Positions 51,932 through 62,548 of a stretch of DNA of 64,000 bases are shown piece after piece (position 1 is the first letter of the stretch; each line of letters starts with the position of its first letter). Origin of the DNA: Nitrospinales bacterium (lineage in GTDB: Bacteria > Nitrospinota > Nitrospinia > Nitrospinales > VA-1); NCBI GenBank assembly GCA_965262115.1, contig OZ253496.1, forward strand, positions 1,280,001 to 1,344,000. Direction: 5' to 3'. The notes beneath the pieces are model-generated. The model did no database searches. It was not told where the DNA came from and saw only the letters and a list, made by a program, of their open reading frames with translations. The position numbers were made by a program, and so were the translations under genes.

Positions 51932-52867
51932 TTAAACTAAATTTTCCCAGGTCACGGAAGCCAGCGCCTCAACAAATGTCGGGGAAAGGTTTAACGATTC
52001 GATGCGGTGCAAACTCAACTGGCGTTCACGGGCATATTTATTAAATTCTATATCAATATCGAACAAAATTTCTACATGATCGCAAACAAAACCAACCGGA
52101 ACCATTAAAACTGTTTTTGAGCCCCGCTTTGCGATCTTATCCAAAACCGATTCCACCGTGGGCCCCAACCAGGGAATCGGTATCATCCCCTGACTCTGGT
52201 AAGCTTTATACCAGTGCCACGGTTGGACCCGTTCCACGAGCTTTGCAACGGTTTTGTCAAACTCTTCAGGATAAGGATCGCCAAACTCTAAAGATTCGGA
52301 GGGGATACTGTGCGCTGTGAAAATCGTGTGAACCGATTCTTCTACATTCGGTCCCAGTTTTTCAAGAGCCGTGCGGTATTTTTCTTCAAACGCATCAATG
52401 AGAAGTGGATGGTCCACCCAACTACCAATGTAGCGCACATCCAAATTCTCTGCATCGCAGTTTTTCAACGCTTCCTTAAAAACATTGAAGTACAAACGCG
52501 TACTCCAAGTGCTGAATTGCGGGGCCAGGCAAAGTGCCACCACTTTTTTCACCCCGTCTTCCTTCATCCTTTTTACCTCGTCACCGATATAAGGACTCCA
52601 GTTGCGCATTCCGCAATAGACTTTAAACTGCGATCCCTGCTGGTTGAGAAAAGACTCCAACCGGGCGCATAGTTCCTGGGTGATCTCCCGCAGGGGAGAC
52701 TTTCCGCCGATCTGCTCATAACGGTCGCGGATGATCTGGATGGTTTCTGGAGTGGACTCCATTCCGCCGCGAATATTTCTCAAATATTCCGGGATATCAT
52801 CAACGGACTCGGGAGCCCCATGCGCCATAAGGAAAACACCGATCAGCGGCTCGGCGGGATCATTCAT
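51932..52867 (-). CDS. hemH: Ferrochelatase
   Basis: RY..IGG.SPL, GMRNW.P, FTAHS.P, YQS, WLGP, GFVCDHVE. Confidence 0.92.
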   Translation of the reverse strand: MNDPAEPLIGVFLMAHGAPESVDDIPEYLRNIRGGMESTPETIQIIRDRYEQIGGKSPLREITQELCARLESFLNQQGSQFKVYCGMRNWSPYIGDEVKRMKEDGVKKVVALCLAPQFSTWSTRLYFNVFKEALKNCDAENLDVRYIGSWVDHPLLIDAFEEKYRTALEKLGPNVEESVHTIFTAHSIPSESLEFGDPYPEEFDKTVAKLVERVQPWHWYKAYQSQGMIPIPWLGPTVESVLDKIAKRGSKTVLMVPVGFVCDHVEILFDIDIEFNKYARERQLSLHRIESLNLSPTFVEALASVTWENLV

Positions 52868-53891
52868 GCTGGTATTCATGGACCATGTCCACCACTGCCT
52901 TGACATGCTCTACCGGGGTGTGTTGCAAAATACCATGCCCTAAATTAAAGATATACCCTCTTCCTACAGCGCGCTTGAGGATGTCATGAACCCGTTCTCG
53001 AATCACCGGTAAGGGAGCAAAAAGCGTCACTGGGTCGAGATTACCCTGAACCGGCTGGTCTTTTCCCAGCAGGGCTCGTGCAGAATCCATCTGGATTCGC
53101 CAGTCAAAACTGAGCACATCTCCGCCAGCCTTTTGCACCAGATCCAGCATCGTAGAAGTTCCGGTACTGAAGTTGATGACAGGGACTCCGGTATCTTTGA
53201 GTCCTTCGTAAACACGGCGGGAATAAGGAAGAATATATTTTTCATAATCGCCGGGTCCAAGGCACCCTGCCCAACTGTCGAATATCTGGAGAGCCTGGGC
53301 TCCTGCAGAAACCTGCATCTTTAAATAATCCACCAGCATGGTGCACACCTTGCCCATCAACTGTTCCCACACATCGGTGGCCTCATACATCATCATTTTA
53401 GTGGTTGTGAAGTCCCGCGATTTTCCCCCTTCCACCATATAACTGCACAGGGTAAACGGAGCTCCGGCAAAACCTACCAATGGAATGTTGATCTCCTTTC
53501 TCACCAGACGAATCGCGTCGGCAACAAAACCCAACTGCTCTTCCACATTGACCGGCATAAGTTTTTCAACGGCTTTTCTGTCCTTGACCGGACGCGGAAT
53601 CACAGGGCCATCTCCCGCTGAAAATTCCAAACCCGTCCCCATCGGTTCTAAAGGAAGAAGAATATCTGCAAAAATTATGGCCGCATCCACCCCCAGCACA
53701 TCCAGAGGTTGTAACGTGACCTCACACGCCAATTCCGGGTTCTTGCACAGTTCCAGGAAAGTGTATTTTTCCTTGAGGTCCCGGTAAACTTTCATATACC
53801 GACCCGCCTGGCGCATGAACCAGACCGGAGTTTTATCAACCGGTTCACCCCGGCAGGCTTTTATAAAACGGTACTCGCTTGACTTGTCCAT
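52860..53891 (-). CDS. hemE: Uroporphyrinogen decarboxylase
   Basis: PVWFMRQAGRY, GFAGAPFTL, QGNLDP, FNLGHG. Confidence 0.96.
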   Translation of the reverse strand: MDKSSEYRFIKACRGEPVDKTPVWFMRQAGRYMKVYRDLKEKYTFLELCKNPELACEVTLQPLDVLGVDAAIIFADILLPLEPMGTGLEFSAGDGPVIPRPVKDRKAVEKLMPVNVEEQLGFVADAIRLVRKEINIPLVGFAGAPFTLCSYMVEGGKSRDFTTTKMMMYEATDVWEQLMGKVCTMLVDYLKMQVSAGAQALQIFDSWAGCLGPGDYEKYILPYSRRVYEGLKDTGVPVINFSTGTSTMLDLVQKAGGDVLSFDWRIQMDSARALLGKDQPVQGNLDPVTLFAPLPVIRERVHDILKRAVGRGYIFNLGHGILQHTPVEHVKAVVDMVHEYQHE

Positions 53892-54140
53892 AAACCTCCA
53901 CTCGGCGTGGGACCACCAGCATGCAATAACTCTCTCTGGCGAGCAAAGAGCTATCTCGGTTTTAGGACCCCTTGCCAATTGCCCCTGTGGCTAGCAGTTA
54001 AAATTTATTGATTATAGGACGGGAACCCATGCGGGATCAACGGTTTGTTTTGATTGCTGCGCTGGAATCCGCTTTATCAGCCCAATTCCACTTTCATATT
54101 CCGGTAGATTTTATAGAGGTGCCGATTTTGCTCCCCGGAG

Positions 54141-54269
54141 GAGACCTTTGCGTAAGTCTATAAAGCAGAAAAGCGAGATGCTTCGACAAGCTCAGCATGA
54201 CAATAAAAGGCTATCTTGTCATTCTGAGGAACTATTGCAACGAAGAATCTTGGGTTATGCAAAGCTCTC
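54141..54269. mobile_element. MITE, 129 bp, same family as 7158-7487
   Basis: GAGACCTTTGCGTAA ... TTATGCAAAGCTCTC; 9-bp direct repeat TCCCCGGAG at 54132-54140 and 54270-54278. Confidence 0.88.
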
Positions 54270-54516
54270 TCCCCGGAGAGGCCGAAAATCTGCTTTGGCA
54301 GGCTCCTCATCCTCATCCGTTGAGAATAAAATTGCAACCGCTCCTGAATCGAAAGATGTTTGCCCTCTTTGGCTGAGGTTTCCAAATACCGCGAATAGCC
54401 AAAGCGATCGGGAAAAGTCCCGAAAGAACTAATAAAGGTCGCGGCTGAGTTTGCTCCATAATTTCCTACTGTGGAATTAAAATTTGCTTAAAGATACCCG
54501 TTAATGTTTGCATCCT

Positions 54517-55650
54517 CTAGGCAAATCGGGCCACCACTCTCGCCAGTTCTTCGAGGACAATTTCTTCTTTTTCGTTATTCAATTTTTCACGAATAAGAGG
54601 AAGTACCTCGGACCCTGAAAGTTCACCCAGAGCCCAGACCACGTGCGCCCGAATCAACGGTTCTTCATCATCCAGAACTTTAATCAGGACAGGGATAGCT
54701 TGCGGGTTGCCGGAATTGCCCAAAGCAACGGCCACATTTCTGAGCAGACCTCTTCTCTTGATCCGTTTGATCGGACTGCCTTTGAATCTTCGGCTGAACA
54801 TTTCTCCGTTGATCTGAATCAGGTCCATCAGCTTGAGCGTGTCCTGCTTCTGCTGAAAGTCCGGGTCATCAGTTTTAACCGTATAGGAATTCCACGGGCA
54901 GACAATCTGGCAATCATCGCAACCGTAAATTCTGTTGCCGATTGCCTTCCTGTACTCAACGGGTATGACCCCTTTCAACTCAATAGTGAGATAAGAAATA
55001 CATCGTTTCGAATCCAGAACGTAGGGAGCAATAATGGCATCTGTCGGGCAAATATCTATACAGCTTCTGCAGGTGCCGCAATGGTCTTCAGCTGGCTGGG
55101 ATGAAGGAAGGGCAACATCCGTCAGGATTTCAGAAAGGAAATACCAGGACCCCATGCCCTCGGTGAGAAGATTAGTGTGCTTTCCGATCCACCCCAGGCC
55201 CGCTTGTTGGGCCAAAGGCTTCTCGAGAATGGGCCCTGTATCCACATAAATCCGGGTCCGGCATCCCTCAAACTCCTCTTTGATTTTTTCCTCCATCTGA
55301 CGTAAACGCGGCGTAACAGTATCATGATAATCCTTGTTCAAAGCATAAATGGAAATATCCGCAACATCACGATGCTCGACATAACTCATATCCTTTTCCA
55401 TTGCATAGTAGTTGGTGCGAAAGCATAGAATGCTTTGCACCCCTTCCAATACGAGATCAGGATTTTTTCGCTTTTCCTGGCCGCGCCGCATATAGGCCAT
55501 TTCACCGTCGTAACCCGCGTCCATCCATTTTCCAAACCTCTCTCCAGCCGGGCCTAATTCGGGACTAGCAACTCCAAATCCGTCAAACCCCAAAATCTCG
55601 GAGAATGACTTAAGACCTGCTAACTTCTCTATTTTTTCTGCAGAATTCAT
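54517..55650 (-). CDS. queG: Epoxyqueuosine reductase
   Basis: YA...DYH, VDTGP, CG.C..C...CPT, CISYLTIE, GCDDCQ.VCPWN, HEAT tail. Confidence 0.95.
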   Translation of the reverse strand: MNSAEKIEKLAGLKSFSEILGFDGFGVASPELGPAGERFGKWMDAGYDGEMAYMRRGQEKRKNPDLVLEGVQSILCFRTNYYAMEKDMSYVEHRDVADISIYALNKDYHDTVTPRLRQMEEKIKEEFEGCRTRIYVDTGPILEKPLAQQAGLGWIGKHTNLLTEGMGSWYFLSEILTDVALPSSQPAEDHCGTCRSCIDICPTDAIIAPYVLDSKRCISYLTIELKGVIPVEYRKAIGNRIYGCDDCQIVCPWNSYTVKTDDPDFQQKQDTLKLMDLIQINGEMFSRRFKGSPIKRIKRRGLLRNVAVALGNSGNPQAIPVLIKVLDDEEPLIRAHVVWALGELSGSEVLPLIREKLNNEKEEIVLEELARVVARFA

Positions 55651-55734
55651 AAGCTTTAAGGAAGTTGATCCAATCTAGCGATTCTGATACTCTCAAGCTG
55701 CTCGCCGCAGTGGCAACAGGCAAGGACTCGTTGT

Positions 55735-55909
55735 ACCCATGCAGGGCACGCCGAAATGGTACGCCTAGTGGGCGGAGCACCTCCGCCGACAAATTGCAAT
55801 ATCTTTAACTTGCCCTCAATCGACTACTCGGCCCAACGAGTTATTTACCCCTGCGGGGCACGAAATTTAAGGAAGAGGGCATCACGACTACTGGCCCCAC
55901 GCCGAGTGG
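55735..55909 (+). repeat. Composite repeat block including micro-element 55846-55886 and hairpin repeats
   Basis: GCGGAGCACCTCCGC, TACCCCTGCGGGGCACGAA...ATCACG, GGCCCCACGCCGAGTGG. Confidence 0.8.
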
Positions 55910-55930
55910 TTTTGAAACGGAAAAGTTCTT

Positions 55931-56884
55931 ATGATGAATAAAACCGGTTACGCATCAGATCCATTTTATCTTAGGCATGAAACTGAACCGCATCCCGAAA
56001 ACCCCGGCCGGTTAACCGCCATCCAGAATCGGCTGGAGTCCTCTGAATTCTACAATAACCTCATTGCAATACAACCCCGCAAGGCCACTCCGGAAGAAAT
56101 TGCTCTGGTGCATGATGCAGGCTATGTGGCAAGCGTTGAGCAGAGTTGCGCTAACGGGGTACGCAATTTGGACGCGGACACAGTCATCTCCGCCGATTCC
56201 TACGATGCCGCGTTGTTGAGCGCCGGAGCGGGACTGAATGCCATTGACCAACTCATCGATGGCAGTATCCATAATGCCTTTTGTGCTGTACGACCGCCAG
56301 GCCATCATGCCGAACAGGATCGTGCGATGGGTTTCTGCCTGTTCAACAATGTCGGCATTGCCGCCCGGTATGCGCAAAAGGCAAAAGGGTTAAATAGAAT
56401 TTTCATTTTTGATTGGGATGTTCATCATGGCAATGGCACTCAACACTCGTTTTATAGTGATCCTTCTATCTATTACAGCAGCACCCATCAATACCCGTTT
56501 TATCCAGGTACCGGAGCAAAAGAAGAAACCGGAACCGGCGACGGGTTGGGGACCACATTGAACCTGCCGATGGACGCCTACTCAGAGGATGACGACTATC
56601 TATCCGTTGTTGAACACAAACTGATCCCGGAAATCCAACGCTACAAACCCGACCTGATTATTATTTCCGCCGGGTTTGACGCTCATCAGAATGATCCTCT
56701 GGCCCAGATTCAATTGACCACAGATTGCTTTGGCAAAATGACCGAGTTATTGATGGGGGTTGCCGGAGATGTTTGCGAGGGACGGTTACTCTCCATGTTG
56801 GAGGGCGGCTACGACTATGACGCGTTGAGCGACTCAGTCCGACTTCACATGCAAACCTTATTAACTCCCGACCATGGAAAATGA
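55931..56884 (+). CDS. Histone deacetylase-family amidohydrolase
   Basis: HPE.P.RL, RPPGHHA, GFCLFNN, DWDVHHGNGTQ, SAGFD, LEGGY. Confidence 0.93.
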   Translation: MMNKTGYASDPFYLRHETEPHPENPGRLTAIQNRLESSEFYNNLIAIQPRKATPEEIALVHDAGYVASVEQSCANGVRNLDADTVISADSYDAALLSAGAGLNAIDQLIDGSIHNAFCAVRPPGHHAEQDRAMGFCLFNNVGIAARYAQKAKGLNRIFIFDWDVHHGNGTQHSFYSDPSIYYSSTHQYPFYPGTGAKEETGTGDGLGTTLNLPMDAYSEDDDYLSVVEHKLIPEIQRYKPDLIIISAGFDAHQNDPLAQIQLTTDCFGKMTELLMGVAGDVCEGRLLSMLEGGYDYDALSDSVRLHMQTLLTPDHGK

Positions 56885-57426
56885 AACCTGGAATGTCTGA
56901 TAGCATTGCGCCCAACAAGAGAATCGTCACCATGGCTTTAATGGTGGCCTTGGGGGTGATATTGCATCGCCTTGAAGCCCTGCTCCCCTTACCCACACCC
57001 TGGGTCAAACTGGGACTGGCCAACCTGATGACCTTGATGGCCCTGGTTTATTTAGGAACCCGCGAGGCTTTTATAGTTACCCTGCTTCGGGTCATACTGG
57101 GCTCCATTCTTGCGGGAACATTCTTGGGACCGACCTTTTTTCTCAGTATGGCAGGAGGCCTGGCCGGCACCGCAGTCATGTGCGGAGTTTACAACAACGG
57201 AAAGGGGCCGTTCAGCCTTGTTGGCGTCAGTGTTTGCGGAGCCTACACCCATACCTTCATCACGGCAATCTGTGTCTATTTTTTTCTTATAAAACAGACT
57301 TCCTTTTTCGTCCTACTGCCCTTTTTCTTCTCACTGGCTCTGATTACCGGCATTTTGACCGGAATGGCCGGAAATCTTTTATCCCGGGAAATGGAGTTTT
57401 CGTTTAAGCATTCCCAGGCTCATTAA
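56881..57426 (+). CDS. Gx-transporter / heptaprenyl diphosphate synthase component I-like membrane protein
   Basis: E..LP.P.P.VKLGLAN, LRV.LG, S.VGVS..GA..H. Confidence 0.8.
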   Translation: MKPGMSDSIAPNKRIVTMALMVALGVILHRLEALLPLPTPWVKLGLANLMTLMALVYLGTREAFIVTLLRVILGSILAGTFLGPTFFLSMAGGLAGTAVMCGVYNNGKGPFSLVGVSVCGAYTHTFITAICVYFFLIKQTSFFVLLPFFFSLALITGILTGMAGNLLSREMEFSFKHSQAH

Positions 57427-57521
57427 AGGTTTTACAGACAAATCCCGATAAAATTATTTTAGACTTTGGATTTTTCTTGTTCTAAAATCTACAGAACATA
57501 AATGATAATTGGAGTCCTTAA

Positions 57522-57701
57522 GTGAATAACCCCTCTGATCCAGACAGCAAAATCGCCTTGTTAGCAGAATTTTGGGATTTTCTCAAAACCCGGAAAAAAT
57601 GGTGGCTGGGACCTATTGTCTTCATCATGTTGCTAATGAGCCTGCTTATAGTTCTAACAGAAGGTAGCGCCGTTGCTCCCTTTATTTACACCCTATTCTA
57701 G
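57522..57701 (+). CDS. DUF5989-family small membrane protein (not in ORF track)
   Basis: [18 protein letters not shown]...[12 protein letters not shown]. Confidence 0.8.
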   Translation: MNNPSDPDSKIALLAEFWDFLKTRKKWWLGPIVFIMLLMSLLIVLTEGSAVAPFIYTLF

Positions 57702-57709
57702 ACCTTAAC

Positions 57710-58396
57710 TTGCTCACACTTTCCATAGTTATTCCAGTTTATAACGAACGCGATACGCTTCGTACCCTGGTTTCCAAAGTCGAAGCTGTCGACTACGAGA
57801 AGGAAATCATCCTGATCGATGATTTCTCCACAGACGGAACACGGGATGTCTTGAAAGAATATGAAGGACGGGAAAATTTTCAGGTGCTTTACCATGACCG
57901 CAATAAAGGCAAAGGCGCCGCATTGCGCACCGGTTTTTCCAAAACCCAGGGGGATATCATCATCATTCAAGATGCTGATCTTGAATACAATCCTACCGAC
58001 TACGGAACATTGCTGGAACCCATTCTGGATGGGCGGGCCGATGTTGTGTATGGATCTTGATTTCTGGGAGGTCCTCACCGGGTATTGTTCTACTGGCATT
58101 ACCTTGGTAACAAATTTCTCACCACCCTGTCGAACATATTCACCAACCTGAACCTGACCGACATGGAAACCGGCTACAAGGTCTTCACAAAAAAAGTGAA
58201 CGATACCCTGGCCTTCAAGTGCGACCGTTTTGGCTTTGAACCTGAGTTCACCGCCAAGGTCGCAAAAAATAAATTCCGGGTCTATGAAGTCCCCATCTCT
58301 TACAATGGCAGAGACTATTCAGAAGGAAAAAAAACCACCTGGAAAGACGGCTTCGCTGCCATCTGGTATATTTTCAGATTCAGGTTTTTGGATTGA
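57710..58396 (+). pseudogene. GT2 glycosyltransferase with in-frame stop
   Basis: [27 protein letters not shown] at 58058-58060 in VYGS*FLG, same frame continues (LTDMETGYK). Confidence 0.85.
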
Positions 58397-58406
58397 TCCT
58401 TTCCGT

Positions 58407-58805
58407 TTAACACTCCTCCAGCCGCTCCCCGCAATGCGGACAGACGACATCCTGTTCAGCCACCTGGGTTTCACAGACGGAGCAAATCTGAACACTTTCA
58501 CGTTCTTCCAGTAATTGACGGGCTTGCTCCGCATCTTCTCTCAATGTCCAAAGACGAACCTTCATGAGATCCGCGACCGGTGCAGGCTCTGCGTGAAAAG
58601 ATATGTTTTCCAACTGGCAGGGAATGCCTTCGTTTTCCAGAAAGCCCCGCATGATATGAGCCTTGGCTTCGTTTAAAACCGTGCAGAGGATCACCAGGTC
58701 AGGAGCCTCCTTCTCCGCTACCTCCGACACAAGTTCTACATTACAATCAGGACAAAGGGAATGCGTGTCGGGAAAATTTTCCTCACATTTCGGGCAACTC
58801 CACAT
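58407..58805 (-). CDS. DUF2007-like protein with terminal zinc ribbons
   Basis: CPKC..CPDC, A.I..GFLE.EGI, CSVC..CPHCG. Confidence 0.75.
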   Translation of the reverse strand: MWSCPKCEENFPDTHSLCPDCNVELVSEVAEKEAPDLVILCTVLNEAKAHIMRGFLENEGIPCQLENISFHAEPAPVADLMKVRLWTLREDAEQARQLLEERESVQICSVCETQVAEQDVVCPHCGERLEEC

Positions 58806-58849
58806 ACTATTATTCTACAGCATTTCAAGAGGCTCACAAAACAAGTTTA

Positions 58850-59305
58850 TTGTCACCGGGATTATCCCCGTTTGATATAATTTTCAAAACGGATAAGAAC
58901 TCTATCGACCTCGACATGACACCTCTGGCTCATATAACAGAAAATATATTTAAACTGAGAAAAAAAGACCGCGTCATCGGATTCTACCTCTATGACAAAT
59001 TTGATGAATCTATTGCCCGAATTGATGCGGTATTGGTCGACAGCCAAATCTATCATAGCTACTACATGGTCATAAACCTGGGAGGCTTTCTGCAAGTAAG
59101 GGGAAAGGTTGTGGTTCTTCCTGTTGAAATCTGCGAGGTGAAGGATTTAGGAAAAGTAAAAACCGAGTGGCGGAAAGAGTCCATGCTGGGGGCGCCAACT
59201 CCCATCAATATCATGAGTATGACAACTGTGGAAGAAGAATTGATACGTGATTATTATGGCCTGCCACTGCAAAGACCCATTCCCTCAAAAAATCAGGAAA
59301 AATGA
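58850..59305 (+). CDS. PRC-barrel domain protein; start uncertain
   Basis: IGF.LYD...E.I..I..VLVD, Y.VI..GGFL, V.LP, YYG. Confidence 0.65.
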   Translation: MSPGLSPFDIIFKTDKNSIDLDMTPLAHITENIFKLRKKDRVIGFYLYDKFDESIARIDAVLVDSQIYHSYYMVINLGGFLQVRGKVVVLPVEICEVKDLGKVKTEWRKESMLGAPTPINIMSMTTVEEELIRDYYGLPLQRPIPSKNQEK

Positions 59306-59324
59306 TGGCAATTTAATTCGGGAA

Positions 59325-60410
59325 TCAATTCTCAAGCCGCTTCAGCAGTCGGTGCACTCCCTCATGGACATCTTTCACCGTAATATCTTCAAGACAATAA
59401 GGCTTGTAAAGGGGAGAAGGTTTACACTCTTTAAAAAATTTCTGTTTACAGGGGGAACAGGAAAAATTCCGTGTCACCATTTCCTGCTTTTCCACGGCCA
59501 TATAAGGGCCAGTCGATTCCGGGCTTCCCGGCCCAAAAATTCCCAGGACCGGAACCCCGACCATTGCCGCAAGGTGCATCATTCCACTGTCATTGCCAAT
59601 GAACAGCTGGCTTTTTCGTAACAGTCCTGTCAAAACCCTTAAATTAACCGGAGGAATGATCTTGATCGTTTCTGATTGGCCAAAGTTTCTGATCCGATTC
59701 AGCAATTCCGATTCTTTTTCCGTACCCAAAAGAACCACCCGTTTGCCGTCCTCTTTAATCAGTTTCTGGCACAAGATACCGAATCTCTCGACATGCCAAC
59801 TCCGCTCCACTTGCGACGTCCCCGGATGCAGGGTAAGAAAGTCCTCATCCTCATCCATACCCATACCCAGCAGTACTTCCCGAGTTGTGATATCTCCTTC
59901 CTGTAAAATAAGCGGAGCAAAATCACGGTCGGGAGTATCCAGTTTCAGGGATGAAAGGATTTTAAAATAATATTCAACACGGTATTGTGCTTTTTTTAAA
60001 TGCGCTGTTGTGGCAACAGGATGAGTGAGCAGAATATCCCTTCCCTCAGTGTTATAACCCAATCGGCATCTCGCTCCTGTCAGGCTTAAAAGAAACGCCG
60101 AACCAAAGGAATTGGGAAATACCGCTCCAACATCAAAATTATACTTTCTCAAGTCGCGGACAAAGCTAACTCTTTGCCAAAAACCAATTTCCGGTCCAGA
60201 AGGCAAAGTTAAAACCGTATCAATGGCAGGGTGTCCGAGAAGCAATTCGTTGGAAGGAGATTTTGCGACCACAGAAATGCGGGCCACGGGGTAAGCACGA
60301 CGCAAGGATTGTATTACCGGTAGCGTCAACACCACATCGCCTATCCAGTTGGGCATCCACAACAAAAAACTTTGGATATCCTGACTGTGAAGGAGGCGTG
60401 TCATGTCCAT
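59325..60410 (-). CDS. waaF: LPS heptosyltransferase II (GT9)
   Basis: PNWIGDVV, PNSF.SA, LHPG, GNDSG.MHLAA. Confidence 0.85.
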   Translation of the reverse strand: MDMTRLLHSQDIQSFLLWMPNWIGDVVLTLPVIQSLRRAYPVARISVVAKSPSNELLLGHPAIDTVLTLPSGPEIGFWQRVSFVRDLRKYNFDVGAVFPNSFGSAFLLSLTGARCRLGYNTEGRDILLTHPVATTAHLKKAQYRVEYYFKILSSLKLDTPDRDFAPLILQEGDITTREVLLGMGMDEDEDFLTLHPGTSQVERSWHVERFGILCQKLIKEDGKRVVLLGTEKESELLNRIRNFGQSETIKIIPPVNLRVLTGLLRKSQLFIGNDSGMMHLAAMVGVPVLGIFGPGSPESTGPYMAVEKQEMVTRNFSCSPCKQKFFKECKPSPLYKPYCLEDITVKDVHEGVHRLLKRLEN

Positions 60411-60434
60411 AACCCCGGCTATTAAGTGGGCGGT

Positions 60435-61688
60435 TTACTTAACTCTTTTTATTCGGGCACCCAGGTTAGAAAGCTTTTTTTCCATGCTCACATATCCGCG
60501 GTCAATATGGTAAACACGTGAAATGACAGACTGGCCTTTGGCCGCCAGAGCCGCCAGCACCAGTGAAGCACTGGCTCTAAGATCGGTAGCCATCAAAGGA
60601 GCACCCGAAAGGTTTTGCACCCCATTGATGATCGCTGTATGCCCATCCAGCGTAATATCAGCTCCCATCCTTTTTAATTCCGCAACATGCATAAACCGAT
60701 TCTCGAATACGGTCTCCATGATAATACTCTGTCCGCGCGACAAAGTCATCAACGCCATGAACTGGGCCTGTATGTCAGTAGGGAATCCCGGAAAAGGATG
60801 AGTCCTGGCATTGACGGCAGTCAAGGGGCGACCACCCCGGACTCGAATCGAGGAGCCATCGACTTCCACATCAACCTGAGCCTCCTGAAGTTTGAGGGTG
60901 ATGGGTTCCACATGTTGTGGAATACAATTCTCAATCAATACTTCTCCCCGGGTGATAGCGGCCGCGATCATGTAAGTACCGGCCTCAATGCGATCAGGAA
61001 AAATTTGGCACTCGATCGGCTTTAACGATGAGACCCCTTGAATGGTGATCATATCGTTGCCTTGACCCTCAATTTTTGCTCCGGCCTGATTCAAAATATC
61101 CGCAAGGAATACAACCTCGGGCTCCTTGGCCGCATTTTCCAGAATGGTTTCCCCTCCCGCTAGAGATGCCGCCATCATCAGGTTCGCGGTACCCGTTACC
61201 GAAACCGTATCAAAATAGAATTGAGTGCCCTTAAGACCATCGACGGCTCCGTGCACATAACCTTGTTCCAGCCAGACCTTCGCCCCCATTGCTTCCAATC
61301 CTTTAATATGGAGATCAATAGGTCGTGCTCCTATGGCACACCCGCCGGGCAGGGAAACCCGGGCCCGGCCTAACTTGGCCAACAAGGGTCCCAGAACCAG
61401 ACAGGAAGCGCGCATCGTAGAAACCAGATCATAGGGTGCTTCCGGGTTGTCTGCGGCAGACGTGTCCAAAACAATTTTTTCACCGCGATTGCTTTCAACC
61501 TCTGCTCCCAAATCTTTAAGAAGCTGAATCATGGTGGCCACATCGCTAACTTTTGGAACCCCTTCAATAACATTCCGCCCGCGGGTCAGAAGCGTTGCCG
61601 CCAGTACAGGAAGAACCGCGTTCTTGGCTCCGCTGATCTTAACAGTGCCCTCTAAAGGCCGACCGCCCTCTATAACAATCTTATCCAT
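60435..61688 (-). CDS. murA: UDP-N-acetylglucosamine 1-carboxyvinyltransferase
   Basis: GAKNA, LPGGCAIGARP, DRIEAGT, GFPTD, TDLRA. Confidence 0.97.
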   Translation of the reverse strand: MDKIVIEGGRPLEGTVKISGAKNAVLPVLAATLLTRGRNVIEGVPKVSDVATMIQLLKDLGAEVESNRGEKIVLDTSAADNPEAPYDLVSTMRASCLVLGPLLAKLGRARVSLPGGCAIGARPIDLHIKGLEAMGAKVWLEQGYVHGAVDGLKGTQFYFDTVSVTGTANLMMAASLAGGETILENAAKEPEVVFLADILNQAGAKIEGQGNDMITIQGVSSLKPIECQIFPDRIEAGTYMIAAAITRGEVLIENCIPQHVEPITLKLQEAQVDVEVDGSSIRVRGGRPLTAVNARTHPFPGFPTDIQAQFMALMTLSRGQSIIMETVFENRFMHVAELKRMGADITLDGHTAIINGVQNLSGAPLMATDLRASASLVLAALAAKGQSVISRVYHIDRGYVSMEKKLSNLGARIKRVK

Positions 61689-62547
61689 TCAGAGTCCTCG
61701 CCAACACCACTCTGTCATAACCGGAGTAATCCTGAACCACCTGAATGTCCTGATAGCTGCCTTCCATTAAAGCGACCACGACTGCGGCTTGGGTGTGCCC
61801 GACCTCCAATGCCAGCAAACCATTTTCTTCCAGTTTTTCCCATGCCATCGGAACGATGAAGCGGTAATAGTCCAAACCATCTCTGCCTCCATCCAAAGCC
61901 TCGATCGGTTCAAATTGCCGAACCTCGGGCATACACTTTGACACGTTTTCCGATTCAATATAGGGAGGGTTGGAAACAATAAGGTGATACGGCCCTTGCC
62001 AGTCGACCTTCATAAGATCACCGGATACAAAGCGGACCTGATCTACCACAGCATGCCGCAAGGCATTTTTCCTGGCGACCTGTAAGTCCGACTTTTCAAT
62101 CGCCGTGATTTGGCTTTGGGGAATTTCTTTTGCTAAAACAATCGCGAGAATTCCTGACCCGGTACCAAGATCCAAAATTTTAACCGGTGATGTTTTCGAA
62201 AATGCTTTCAAACATTGTTCAACCAGGATTTCTGTTTCCGGCCGGGGTGTCAGAACTTTTTCATTCACTGCAAACTCGAGCGACCAGAATTCTTGAACTC
62301 CAGTAATGTGAGAAACCGGCTCGCGCAGAACTCTTCTCTCGATTCTTGAACAAAAATTTTTCGCCTCGATGCGGTTCAATATCCGTTCAGGATACGTCAT
62401 CAATTCCGTTCGCGAGATATCAAGGCTCTGTGCCATCAAGACTTCGGCATCCAACCAGGGCGATGCCACCCCTGAAAGTTTGCGCTGAGCCCAAGCGAGA
62501 AAAGAGATGAGGGTTTGGTCCATTTTTATCTCCTCAAGAACCTCCAC
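61681..62547 (-). CDS. prmC: Release factor glutamine methyltransferase
   Basis: PRPETE, DLGTGSG, SNPPY. Confidence 0.95.
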   Translation of the reverse strand: MEVLEEIKMDQTLISFLAWAQRKLSGVASPWLDAEVLMAQSLDISRTELMTYPERILNRIEAKNFCSRIERRVLREPVSHITGVQEFWSLEFAVNEKVLTPRPETEILVEQCLKAFSKTSPVKILDLGTGSGILAIVLAKEIPQSQITAIEKSDLQVARKNALRHAVVDQVRFVSGDLMKVDWQGPYHLIVSNPPYIESENVSKCMPEVRQFEPIEALDGGRDGLDYYRFIVPMAWEKLEENGLLALEVGHTQAAVVVALMEGSYQDIQVVQDYSGYDRVVLARTLNG

Positions 62548-62548
62548 C

